Origin: the human T2T-CHM13v2.0 reference genome, Homo sapiens | Strand: one strand, 5' to 3' | Assembly: GCF_009914755.1 (NCBI RefSeq) | Contig: NC_060948.1 | DNA length: 64,000 bases | Part shown: one piece after another, positions 1 through 29,329 of the stretch | Layout of the letters: every line of letters begins with the position of its first letter | Position numbering within the stretch: the first letter of the stretch is position 1 | The notes under the pieces: model-generated | Databases searched by the model: none | Seen by the model: the letters and a program-made list of their open reading frames with translations, nothing else | Told to the model about the DNA's origin: nothing | Program-made: the position numbers and the translations under genes

Positions 1-1
1 G

Positions 2-539
<538 letters not shown>

Positions 540-584
540 TCATTCCTGAAAGTTTCTATGTTGAAGTTCTAATCACCGACCTCA

Positions 585-1990
<1,406 letters not shown>

Positions 1991-2118
1991 CACCCGGCTA
2001 ATTTTTATATTTTTAGTAGAGGTGGGGTTTCGCCATGTTGGCCAGGCTGGTCTCGAACTCCTGACCTCAGGTGATCCACCTGCCTCGGCCTCCTAAAGTG
2101 CTGGGATTACAGACATGA

Positions 2119-2420
<302 letters not shown>

Positions 2421-2733
2421 TGAACCACCGTGCCTGACCCTAATTTTTGTATTCTTAGTAGAGATGGGATTTCACCATATTGGCCAGGCTGGTCTCGAAC
2501 TCGTGACCTCGTGATCTGCCTGCCTTGGTCTCCGCAAGTGCTGGGATGACAGGTGTGAGCCACCATGCCCGGCCCCTCCGAAATTTCTTATAATCCACCA
2601 TCAGAAGAGTGGGCATTGTATGGAAACTGAGGCCCAGGGAAATGACTCTATCAGGCGATTAATCTTTTTTCGTACTTCACAGACATTGTGCAAGCAGGTC
2701 CCTCCACCCACGGGCGGCAGGAGTCATCCTTAC

Positions 2734-2854
2734 CTCCATAATTTCCATAAAGACAGAAGGAGGAGAGACACCATCAGAAGGATGGCCAGGCTGGAAATTA
2801 AAATAAATTTGGACAGCTTTGGTTTGGGAGGCGTTGGTGTCTCTGCACAGGCAT
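2734..2854 (-). CDS. CRLF2: CRLF2 exon 6 (juxtamembrane + transmembrane helix)
   Basis: CAG acceptor 2857-2855; 121 nt encoding (D)ACAETPTPPKPKLSKFILISSLAILLMVSLLLLSLWKLW(R); GTAAG donor at 2733. Cumulative CDS is 767 nt; the remaining exons are outside the window. Confidence 0.97.
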
Positions 2855-2921
2855 CTGAAACAAAATGAAAAGGCGGCTGTCAGTTTTCAACATGACGTGC
2901 GGCTGTACGTTTTCAACGTGA

Positions 2922-3266
<345 letters not shown>

Positions 3267-3553
3267 TAGTGTCAGCAAATTTTCATTCCTATGGAAAATA
3301 TCCTGGAAAGAGACACCGTGTCTCTGGACAACAACACATCCCACAGCCACCCCGAGGAAGTAAGGGCAGGTCCAACATGTAGCCTTTGGAGGCTTCTGGT
3401 TGCTGGAGGTGTTTACAGCATATGAGAGCTTGCTTTCGTGTGTTGGTGGCTGTGCTCCTTAAATCATGCCCCCTGAAAACATACGTCAAAGGCCGGGCGC
3501 GGTGGCTCACGCCTTTAATCCCAGCACTTTGGGAGGCCGAGGCGGGCGGATCA

Positions 3554-4020
<467 letters not shown>

Positions 4021-4065
4021 TTACTTTCAGATGGGGCCCTGGAGGATGACAGAAGGCTGAGCTTG

Positions 4066-4490
4066 CTCAGACACACCCTCCTGGGAAGGCAGGACACCCT
4101 CCCTCCCACCTCGAAGGCAGGACACCCTCCCTCCCACCTTCCAGGAAGGCAGGACACCCTCCCTCCCACCTCCCAGGAAGGCAGGACACCCTCCCTCCCA
4201 CCTCCCAGGAAGGCAGGACACCCTCCCTCCCACCTCGAAGGCAGGACAGCCTCCCTCCCACCTCCCGGGAAGATAGGACACCCTCCCTCCCACCTCCCGG
4301 GAAGATAGGACACCCTCCCTCCCACCTCGAAGGCAGGACACCCTCCCTCCCACCTCCCGGGAAGATAGGACACCCTCCCTCCCACCTCGAAGGCAGGACA
4401 CCCTCCCTCCCACCTCCCAGGAAGGCAGGACACCCTCCCTCCCACCTCGAAGGCAGGACACCCTCCCTCCCACCTCCCGGGAAGGCAGTG
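4066..4490. repeat. Minisatellite, 27-33 bp unit GAAGGCAGGACACCCTCCCTCCCACCTC(CCAG), about 13-14 copies
   Basis: Direct tandem repeats visible in CRLF2 intron 5. Confidence 0.93.
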
Positions 4491-4550
4491 GCTATGCCTA
4501 CTCCAGCCTGGTGACAAGGCTATGGGACACTGCCGCGTAACAAGCATTAC

Positions 4551-4713
4551 CCCGAATCTCGCCTCTCTGCCAGCATGTCACCTCTGACCAGTCGCTTGGG
4601 TATGTGTCTGGCCCATATACATCCTCCATAGCCTTCACCCTGACCCAGAAAGAGTAACACTTCTCGGCATCCAAGCCTTCTATGGTGACGTTGCAGGTAT
4701 TTTCCTGTTTGGA
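4551..4713 (-). CDS. CRLF2: CRLF2 exon 5 (FN3 domain with WSXWS-like PSDWS)
   Basis: CAG acceptor 4716-4714; 163 nt encoding SKQENTCNVTIEGLDAEKCYSFWVRVKAMEDVYGPDTYPSDWSEVTCWQRGEIR; GTAAT donor at 4550. Confidence 0.97.
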
Positions 4714-4721
4714 CTGGAGAA

Positions 4722-4732
<11 letters not shown>

Positions 4733-4774
<42 letters not shown>
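4733..4774. repeat. (CA)21 microsatellite next to the exon 5 acceptor
   Basis: Seen directly. Confidence 0.95.
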
Positions 4775-4776
<2 letters not shown>

Positions 4777-4781
4777 GATTA

Positions 4782-5625
<844 letters not shown>

Positions 5626-5699
5626 TAAAGATACAGATGAATGTTCTATTCTATGTATCAGTTTATACATATATAGTTTATATATGTTTGTAGATATAT

Positions 5700-6845
5700 G
5701 TACCAATAAGATATCTCTATATGTATATTTATATATGTGTGTATATATAAGCTGTATATATAAGGTGTGTATATATAATTGTGTATATATAAGTTGTGTG
5801 TATAAGGTGTGTGTATATCTGTGTGTATAGAAGCTATGTATATAAGATGTGTATATATGTGTATATATAAGCTATGTATCTATATGTGTGTGTATATATG
5901 TGTATATATAAGCTGTGTACGTGTGTTGTGTATATATGTATGTGTGTATATATGTGTATATATAAGCTGTGTATATTAGGTGTGTATATACGTGTGTATA
6001 TATATGTGTATATAAGCTGTGTATATAAGCTCTGTATATATGTGTGTGTATATATGTGTGTATATAAGGTGTGTATATATGTGTGTATATGTATTGTATA
6101 TAAGCTGTGTGTGTATATATATATAAAGTTTGTGTATATATACATGTGTGTATATACATGTGTGTATATATACCTGTATATAAGCTGTGTATATAAGCTG
6201 TGTATATGTGTGTATGTGTGTGTATATACGGTGTGTGTATACGTGTGTATAAATATGTGTATATAAGCTGTGTATATAAGGTGCATATATATGTGTATAT
6301 ATACGTGTATATAAGCTGTGCACATATGTATGTATATATATGTGTATATAAGATGTGTATGTACATGTGTATAAATATGCATATATAAGGTATGTATATA
6401 TGTGTGTGTATATATGTTATATAAGCTGTGTATATGTGTGTATATATGTGTTTATATAAGGTGTGTGTATACGTGTGTATAAATATGTGTATATAAGCTG
6501 TGTATATAAGGTGCATATATACATATATATACGTGTATATAAGCTGTGTATATATGTGTGGGTATATATATGTGTATATAAGCTGTGTGTGTGTGTATAT
6601 GTGTGCGTATATAAGATGTGTATATACATGTGTATAAATATGCATATATAAGGTATGTATATATGTGTGTATATAAGCTGTGTATCTATATGTGTGTATA
6701 TGCATGTGTATATATATGTGTATATAAGCTGTGTATCTATATGTGTGTATATGCGTGTGTATATATGTATATATAAGCTGTGTACACAAGGTACGTACAT
6801 ATGTGTGTGTATATGTGTGTGTGTACACACACATATAGGTAGATA
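5700..6845. repeat. Degenerate (TATG/TG)n satellite with recurring TATATAAGCTGTG
   Basis: Seen directly; source of the spurious H/I/Y/T ORFs. Confidence 0.92.
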
Positions 6846-6847
6846 TA

Positions 6848-7220
6848 CAGTCATGCATTGCTTAACGATGGGGACATGTTCTGGGAAATTCATTGTGAGG
6901 TGATTTCTTCATTATGAGAATATTCTAGAGTTTACTTACACACACCTAGCTGGTCTAGCCCGCTGCACACCTAGGCTGTATAGTAAATTGCTCTTCAGCT
7001 ACACAGCCATACAGCACGTTACTGTACTGAATACTGCAGACAAACCTAACGCAAGGGTAAGTATTTGTGTATCTAAACATAGAGAAGGTACAGGAAAAAT
7101 ATGATATAGAAGAAAATAATTGGGACAGCTGCATAGGACAGCTGTGTGATAATCATAGGAGACTACCGTGATACATGCAGTCTGCTGATGACCAAAAGGT
7201 CGTTAGGCAGCACATGACTG
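6848..7220. mobile_element. Tigger3/MER7-type (TcMar-Tigger) DNA transposon remnant
   Basis: Terminal inverted ends CAGTCATG...CATGACTG with TA on the left; interior resembles the recalled Tigger3 consensus. Confidence 0.75.
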
Positions 7221-8180
7221 TGTGTGTGTGCCTGTGTGTGTCTGTGTGTGTCTGTGTGTGTCTGTGCATGTCTGTGTGTGTCTGTGTGCCTGTGTTTGTG
7301 TGTCTGTGTGTGTGTGTGTGTGTGTAGAGAGACAGGTGTGTAGAGATACAGATAGAGATAGGACTAGAGGTAGACAGATAAAGAAATGATAGATACATAG
7401 ATAAAACAGAGAGATGACAGAGTTGATAGATGATACATAGACAGATGATAGATAGATAGATGATACATAGATGATAGAGCGATGAGAGAGAGACAGATGA
7501 TACATAGATAGATGATAGAGAGATAGATAGATGATACATAGATGATAGAGTGATGAGAGAGAGATAGATGATACATAGATGATAGAGCAATGATAGAGAG
7601 ATAGATGATACATAGACAGATGATAGAGAGATAAATAGATGATACATTAGATAGATAGAGAGACAGACAGACAGATGATACAGAGTAGATAGATAGATGA
7701 TACTTAGATAGATAGAGACGGATAGATGATAGATGTATAGATACATACATAGATAGATAAATACATAGATAAGATAGTAGATGGTAGAATAGAGATAATG
7801 GGTAGTTAGATAGAGATGATAGATAGTTGAACTACATAGAGATAGGGATGATATATATAGAAGATTGACCATACATAGATAGATAAAAGAGAGTTGGTAG
7901 ATAAAATAGATATGGATAGAGCCATAGAGAGATAGATAGAACAAAGAGAGTTAATAGATAAAATAGATGATAGATTGAAAGACAGAGATAGAGATAAAAT
8001 AGAATGAGATAGATTGAAAGACAGAGATAGAGATAAAATAGAATGAGATAGATAGATGATAGATTGAAAGAGAGGGAAATAGAATGATATAGATACATAG
8101 ATAGAGGTAGAGATAAAATAGAATGATATAGATAGATTGATAGATAGATAGATAAATAGATTGATAGACAGACAGACAGA
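7221..8180. repeat. (TG/TC)n followed by degenerate (GATA)n satellite
   Basis: Seen directly. Confidence 0.92.
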
Positions 8181-8399
8181 CATATTATTGGTTCTCTTTC
8201 TCTGGAGACCCCTCAGAGACACAGAGAGAAACATGAAAAAGCCAAGCTGGACTAGAGCTCTCTCAGGAAGATACAGCAGAGTGGAATTCAGGAAGGTGTA
8301 GACAGAGGGGAGCGAGGTCTGATGAAACAGCGAATCCCACAGCCCGCACCTGGGGGACGCTCAGCCACCATCGCCCTGAGTCGCGGCCGCCCGGCTCAC

Positions 8400-8533
8400 C
8401 TGCCACTCGGTGTCGAAGGGGCTCCGGTACTGAACCTCATAGAGGAGATCCCCGTAGGACAGGTCAGAACACGTCACCGTCACTGCATCCTGATGCCACG
8501 AAAATCTCACGTGCTTCGGGGAACTGGGTTTCA
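8400..8533 (-). CDS. CRLF2: CRLF2 exon 4 (FN3 domain)
   Basis: CAG acceptor 8536-8534; 134 nt encoding (L)KPSSPKHVRFSWHQDAVTVTCSDLSYGDLLYEVQYRSPFDTEWQ; GTGAG donor at 8399. Confidence 0.97.
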
Positions 8534-8766
8534 CTGAGAAGAAGAAATAACGGAAGCGACGTCCCTCCTCTCTGAGCTGATTGTGACAGGCTGACCTCAT
8601 CCCCTTTCTCTAGCCTGTACCCCTCCTCCCCTTAATACCTTATGGGTCTCGGGGTTCACCCGTCCTCATTACTTTTATAGGAGAAGCTTCCACCAGAGCT
8701 CCGAGAACCTGTAGGTTTGTGAAGGAAGGAACTCTCTAAAATTCTGCGGAAAATGTCCTGTGTGTC

Positions 8767-9830
<1,064 letters not shown>

Positions 9831-10151
9831 TCTGTAAGTAATTTCGCGAATAAAGAGTTCATAGTTCTCACCGGATTCTCAAACAGATCCGTTTCCCCTA
9901 CCTCTAAAAAATAAAAAAGTAAAAAAGAAACACAGCCTTACAGAATTCTAGGATAAAGAATAAACATTTTGGAAACAGGGTTTCCCTACATTTGTCCCTC
10001 ATTTCCTCGCCCGAGACTTAACAGCCAGTTCTCAACGCACATAAGAAAACCAGCCTGGGCAACAGAGGAAGACCCTCTCTCTCAAAAAAAAAAAAAAAAA
10101 GAGAGAGAACATCCAGTGAGTGGGATGAGGATGAGAGAGTATTTCCAGCTC

Positions 10152-10206
<55 letters not shown>

Positions 10207-10254
10207 GCAGGGCACCAGAGAGCATCTCTAATTAATTCCCTTATTTAATTTAAT

Positions 10255-11300
<1,046 letters not shown>

Positions 11301-11369
11301 TAGTGGCCAATGGTCCATGAGCTTGATTTTCAGAACTTAACTGAAAGTAACTGAAGGTAAGGAGATGAA

Positions 11370-12455
11370 GGGGTACTGAAAAGTGTGCTGGGATTGCTTT
11401 TCAATCGTTACGGTAATCATTGATCCCGCGACTTGCGAGAGCTTGCTTTTCGGTACTTATGATAATCAGCTGAAGGAAGTACTGAAAAGCATGCTGAGCT
11501 TGCTTTTCAATTGTTATGGTAATCATTGATCCCGCGACTTGCGAGAGCTTGCTTTTCAGTACTTATGGTAATAAGCTGAAGGAAATACTGAAAAGCATGT
11601 TGAGCTTGCTTTTCAATAGTTACGGTAATCATGGATCCGGTTATTTGCATGAGCTTTTTTATTTATGGCAATAAGCTGAAGGAAGTAGTGAAAAGGATGC
11701 TGGGCTGCTTTTCAATAGTTACGGGAATCTGATCCTGCGACTTGCTAGAGCTTGCTTTTCAGTACTTATGGTAATAAGCTGAAGGAAGTACTGAAAAGCA
11801 TGGTGAGCTTGCTTTTCAATAGCTACGGTAATCACTGATCCAGTGACTTGCATGAGCTTGCTTTATCAGTACTTATGGTAATAAGCTGAAGGAAGTACGA
11901 AAAGCATGGTGAGCTTGCTTTTCAATAGTTATGGTAATCATGGATCCGGTAATTTGCATGAGCTTTTCAGTACTTATGGTAATAACCTGAAGGAAGTAGC
12001 GAAAAGTAGGCTGGGTTGCTTTTCAGTGGTTACGGTAATCATTGATCCAGCGACTATCATGAGATTGCTTTTCGGTACTTACGGTAATCAGCTGAAGGAA
12101 GTAGTGAAAAGCGTGCTGAGCTTGCTTTTCAATTATTACGGTAATCATGGATCCGACGATTTACGTGAGCTTTTCAGTACTTACGGTAATAAGCTGAAGG
12201 AAGTACTGAAAACTATGCTGAGCTTCCTTTTCAATAGTTACGGGAATCATTGATCCCGCGACTGGCTGGAGCTTGGTTTTTCGTTACTTACAGTAATAAG
12301 CTGCAGGAAGTACTGAAAGGCATGGTGAGCTTGCTTCTCAATAGTTAACGGTAATCATGGATCCGGCGATTTGCATGAGCTTGGTTTTCAGTCCTTGTGG
12401 TAATAAGCTGAAGGAAGTACTGAAAAGCATGGTGAGCTGGCTTTACAATACTTAC

Positions 12456-12480
<25 letters not shown>
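11370..12480. repeat. About 105-bp minisatellite, about 10 copies, abutting and overlapping the exon 3 donor
   Basis: GCTGAAGGAAGTACTGAAAAGCATG-like core at about 11469, 11575, 11675, 11777, 11885, 11987, 12091, 12193, 12299, 12407. Confidence 0.93.
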
Positions 12481-16630
<4,150 letters not shown>

Positions 16631-16719
16631 AGTCTCTCACTGTCAAAGAAGTCAGTTACAGGTTTGGAAAGATGGGGTACAGTGAACCTTGTCATGTTGG
16701 GTTCTAAGTGGAGGTATCT

Positions 16720-18240
16720 GGAGGATAGATAGATACAGATAGATAGATAAATGGTAATGTTAGATAGATAGAATTATATAGATGATGATAGAAATAGTTA
16801 GACAGACAGACACAGATAGATAGGGATGGGTAGGTAGATGGATGAATCAATGGACAGGTGGGTGTATAGGTGGAAGACAAGTGGATGGGTGGGTGGATGG
16901 GTGAGTGGATGGATGAATAAATGGATGAACAGATACACAGGTGAATGGGTGGATGGGTGGATGGATGCATGGATAGATGGATACATAGATGTGTACATGG
17001 ATGGGTGGATGGATGGATGGATGAGTGGATGAAAGTGTGGGTGAATGCATAGGTGGATGGATGGTTTGATGGGTGGGTGGATGGATGTGTTGGTGGATGG
17101 ATGGATAGATGGATAAGTGGATGAAAGGATGGGTGGGTGGATGAGTGAGTCAGTGGATAAATAAATGGATGAACAGATACATAGGTGAATGGATGGATGG
17201 ATGGATGGATGGATGGATGCATGGATAGATGGATACGTAGATGTGTACATGGATGGGTGGGTGGGTGGATGGATGGGTGGATGGATGGATGGATGGATGG
17301 ATGGATGGATAAGTGGATAAAAGTGTGGGTGAATGCATGGATAGATGGATGTATTGGTGGGTGGATGGGTGGATGGGTGGATGGATGGATGGATGGATGG
17401 ATGGATGGATGGATGGATGGATGGATGGATAAGTGGATAAAAGTGTGGGTGAATGCATGGATAGATGGATGTATTGGTGGATGGATGGGTGGATGGGTGG
17501 ATGGATGGATGGATGGATGGATAAGTGGATAAAAGTGTGGGTGAATGCATGGATAGATGGATGTATTGGTGGATGGATGGGTGGATGGATGGATGGATGG
17601 ATAAGTGGATAAAAGTGTGGGTGAATGCATGGATAGATGGATGTATTGGTGGATGGATGGGTGGATGGATGGATGGATGGATAAGTGGATAAAAGTGTGG
17701 GTGAATGCATGGATGGATGGATGTATTGGTGGATGGATGGGTGGATGGGTGGATGGATGGATGGATGGATGGATAAGTGGATAAAAGTGTGGGTGAATGC
17801 ATGGATAGATGGATGTATTGGTGGATGGATGGGTGGATGGATGGATGGATGGATAAGTGGATAAAAGTGTGGGTGAATGCATGGATGGATGGATGTATTG
17901 GTAGATGGATGGGTGGATGGGTGGATGGATGGATGGATGTATTGGTGGATGGATGGGTGGATGGGTGGATGGATGGATGGATGGATGATAGATGGGTGGA
18001 TGGGAGGATGGATAGATAACAGATGGGTGGATGGTGGATGGATGGATGAGTGAATGAAAGGTTGGGTGGACGGATGGCTGGGTGGGTTGATGGGTGGGTG
18101 AATGTATGAGTGGATGAATCGTTTGATAGATGGGTGGATGGATATATTAGTGGATGGATCAATGAATAATAGATGGATGGATAGTGGATGGATGGGTGAT
18201 TAATGGGAAAAGATAGATGAGATACATTGATGGATAGATT
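16720..18240. repeat. (GGAT)n-derived satellite with an 80-120 bp higher-order unit
   Basis: AAAAGTGTGGGTGAATGCATGG recurs at about 17318, 17438, 17531, 17611, 17691, 17783, 17863. Confidence 0.92.
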
Positions 18241-18583
18241 AAAAATGAATATATCTACCAATCAATCAATCAATAGATAGACACACACACGCACACATAC
18301 AATTCCTAGTTCTGGCCACCGAAAGCTCATATAAGCAGTGGATATTCCGGGAGCAATAAGTATACTTAATATTCATGTATTTACTTATAAATATGTTTTG
18401 TCCCAGCTACTTGAGAAGCTGAGGCAGGAGAATTGCTTGAACCCGGAAAAAAAAAAAAAAAAAAAAGAAAAGAAGAAAGAAACCTCCATGCTCATTGTTT
18501 AAGTTTTACAAAATAAAGAGTGCCTGGTTGCAAAGCAAACCACAAACCAAAATACAACAAGAAGAGGGTGTTTAAATAATTAC

Positions 18584-18662
18584 CTGCTCCTCCTTGCCCC
18601 AAAGCCATCCAGCCTCCCAGCAGAAAGACCGCAGCTCCCCACAGCAGAACCAGCCGCCCCAT
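18584..18662 (-). CDS. CRLF2: CRLF2 coding exon 1 (signal peptide)
   Basis: Minus strand reads ATG at 18662 then MGRLVLLWGAAVFLLGGWMALGQGGA + 1 nt (79 nt), followed by a GTAA donor at 18583. Matches the known N-terminus of the human TSLP receptor. Confidence 0.97.
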
Positions 18663-18833
18663 GCCTGAAACAGGAGTGGAGAGTGAGGTCCTCAGGGACC
18701 TACAACGAACAGATCACTCATGACTCATAAGCAGAGGTCACCATCGATTTTAAAAAGTCAGAAAGGAAACTAGGGAAATGATTACAGGCAGGAAGCACAG
18801 TGACAGTTGATTTTCAAAGATACACTTGTCAAG

Positions 18834-18874
<41 letters not shown>

Positions 18875-18910
18875 AATCCAGGATCAGGACTGCCACGCAC
18901 ACTGCTGAGC
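18663..18910 (-). promoter_or_regulatory. CRLF2 5'UTR / proximal promoter region
   Basis: Unique sequence directly 5' of the ATG, with AP-1 TGA(C/G)TCA at 18721-18727, ETS-like CAGGAAG near 18789 and a (CA)n tract at about 18835-18870. The TSS cannot be placed from sequence alone. Confidence 0.6.
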
Positions 18911-18914
18911 TGAG

Positions 18915-24300
<5,386 letters not shown>

Positions 24301-24440
24301 AAGGAAAGGAAAAGGGAATTGGAGGGGGAGGAAGGGCAGAGGCAGAACTGCTGATTTCTGTGGTCAGGAAGGTTTTCGGACTGAGGACCTTCAGGCGTAA
24401 AGGAAGAAGCCCCTAAACCCAGCCTTGGCATCTCACTTAC

Positions 24441-24658
24441 CCAGGGGTTCTTGACCTCTACCCTCGTGAGATTTTAGCTGGATAATTCTTGGTTGTGTGG
24501 GCTGTGTTATGCTTCATAGGATGCTGAGAAGTGTCCATGACCTCCACCCACTAAATGTCAGCAGCCCCTCCCAGCTCTTGCTGTGACAACCAAAAATTCC
24601 ACTGAGGTTGCCAAGGGTTCCCTGGGGGGTGAAATCACTCCTCATTGTAAATCGCTGC
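24441..24658 (+). mobile_element. MER20 (hAT-Charlie) element
   Basis: Resembles the recalled MER20 consensus (CAGGGGTTCT...GATAATTCTT...GTGACAACCAAAAA...CCTGGGGG). Confidence 0.75.
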
Positions 24659-24659
24659 C

Positions 24660-27390
<2,731 letters not shown>

Positions 27391-27423
27391 AACACAAGAT
27401 AAAGAGAATTTCTCACGCTAAGT

Positions 27424-27610
27424 CAGGGTTTCTCAACTTTGAAGCTGTTTCCGCCCAGGATATTCTCATCTGCGTCGTTCTCTGCTGTGAGGCCGTCCTG
27501 TGCATTGGGGGATGTGGGGCAAACGTCTAGACCATACCCAGTAAATGTCAGCAGTATCCCCCACCAAGTCATGACAAGCAAAAACGTCTCCATCCTTTTC
27601 CAAATGTCCA
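27424..27610 (+). mobile_element. MER20 fragment
   Basis: CAGGGTTTCTCAAC...GTCCTGTGCATTG...ATGACAAGCAAAAACGTCTCCA. Confidence 0.7.
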
Positions 27611-27639
27611 CTGAAAGTTGAGAGAGAGACCTCCCTTCC

Positions 27640-27973
27640 TCTCCCGTCCCAACCCTCCATTGTCCCCAGCGCCGCCCCAGGGTCACTGGAGCTTCCAGCT
27701 CTTCTCCAAATGCCTTCTGGGAGCTGTGATTTCAGGAATTTTACGCAACAAGAGGAGACAATTGTAGGCTGATAACAAGGGGAGACCTGCGGGCCACAGA
27801 GGCCAATCCAAAGTCAAACTAGACAACCAGGGTTCACCTTAGTTCTTCTGAGACTCAGGAATTGTAATCTGGAGAAATGGGTCTTTCATGGAGACAGAAA
27901 CACATGGTTCCTGAAAATGGATTATTACAGCTACTCAGCTCAATTAAATTTAAAAAAAGGAGTATTTGCTCTT
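27640..27973 (+). repeat. About 330-bp dispersed duplication, copy 1
   Basis: Aligns by eye to 31272-31604. Confidence 0.88.
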
Positions 27974-27997
27974 GGGGGAACCCGTAATGCATGATGA

Positions 27998-28417
<420 letters not shown>

Positions 28418-28486
28418 TGATCCACCCACCTCAGCCTCCTAAAGTGCTGGGATTACAGGCATGAGCCACCATGCCTGGCTGCCAGG

Positions 28487-28927
28487 TGTTATATGTAAAG
28501 TTTCAGTGCCACAAAAGGAATAGCACTCAAATATAAAATTTTCTTTTTAATTCTCAGCAAGGCAAGGTACTTCTATAGAAGGGTGTCCCGTACAGATGGA
28601 ACAATGGCAAGTGCATAGCTGGACAAGGGAGGGGAAGGGGTCCTTATCCCTGACGTACGTGGCCCCTGTGCTGTGTCGTTCCTCTGTTGGCTAGGGTTAG
28701 ACCGCACAGGCTAAACTAATAACGATTGGCTAATTTAAAGAGAGTGACGGGGTGAGTGCTTTGGGGGGAGTCAGGGAAGAGCAGATAGCATGTAATCGGA
28801 ATGAGTCAGGGTGGAGCAGGTGATCGAAAAAGTTTGCTTTACAAGGAAGTTAAAAAGTAGAAGGCAAACGATTGAACATACTAACATATTAACTCTTTGA
28901 AAAGAAACTTAGAACTCATATCTAATA
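28487..28927 (-). mobile_element. LTR10-family (HERV-I/ERV1) solo LTR, LTR10A/F-like
   Basis: Reverse complement begins TATTAGATATGAGTTCTAAGTTTCTTTTCAAAGAG and contains CACCTGCTCCACCCTGACTCATTCCGATTAC, as in the recalled LTR10 consensus. Confidence 0.75.
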
Positions 28928-29329
28928 CGGGGAAATTCGTCAGCCACTTCAGTGCTCTGGCTTTTCCCTTTACAAGGGTATACGTTTGGGGGCATTAAGG
29001 TCTGAAGGGGCAGGCAAAGCACGTCCTCCTTTCTGGACTCCAGAGTGGAAACTTATTCTACGCACGTTCTGAAGGTCATCCTTGTCTGTCATGCAGATGA
29101 CACACACCCAACTGCCCCGCTTCCTTTTTCTTCATCATCTTTATCCCAAACCACAAACCAATATTCTGTTGTTTGTGTTTCACAATAGCAGGCATGGACA
29201 ATGAGTCAGCTGGGAGGAAAACAGGAGGATGGCAGCCATCAAACATCTCTTCCAATGCAGCTCAACATGGAACAGCTGCTCTAAGAAGGCCTTTCTAATT
29301 TCTTCCATAGATTGCTTTTTACTAATCCT

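Noticed and set aside
11906-12253. 115-aa repetitive plus-strand ORF (FSTYGNKLKEV repeats)
   Set aside because: It is a translation of the intron 3 minisatellite; neighbouring units contain stops and indels.
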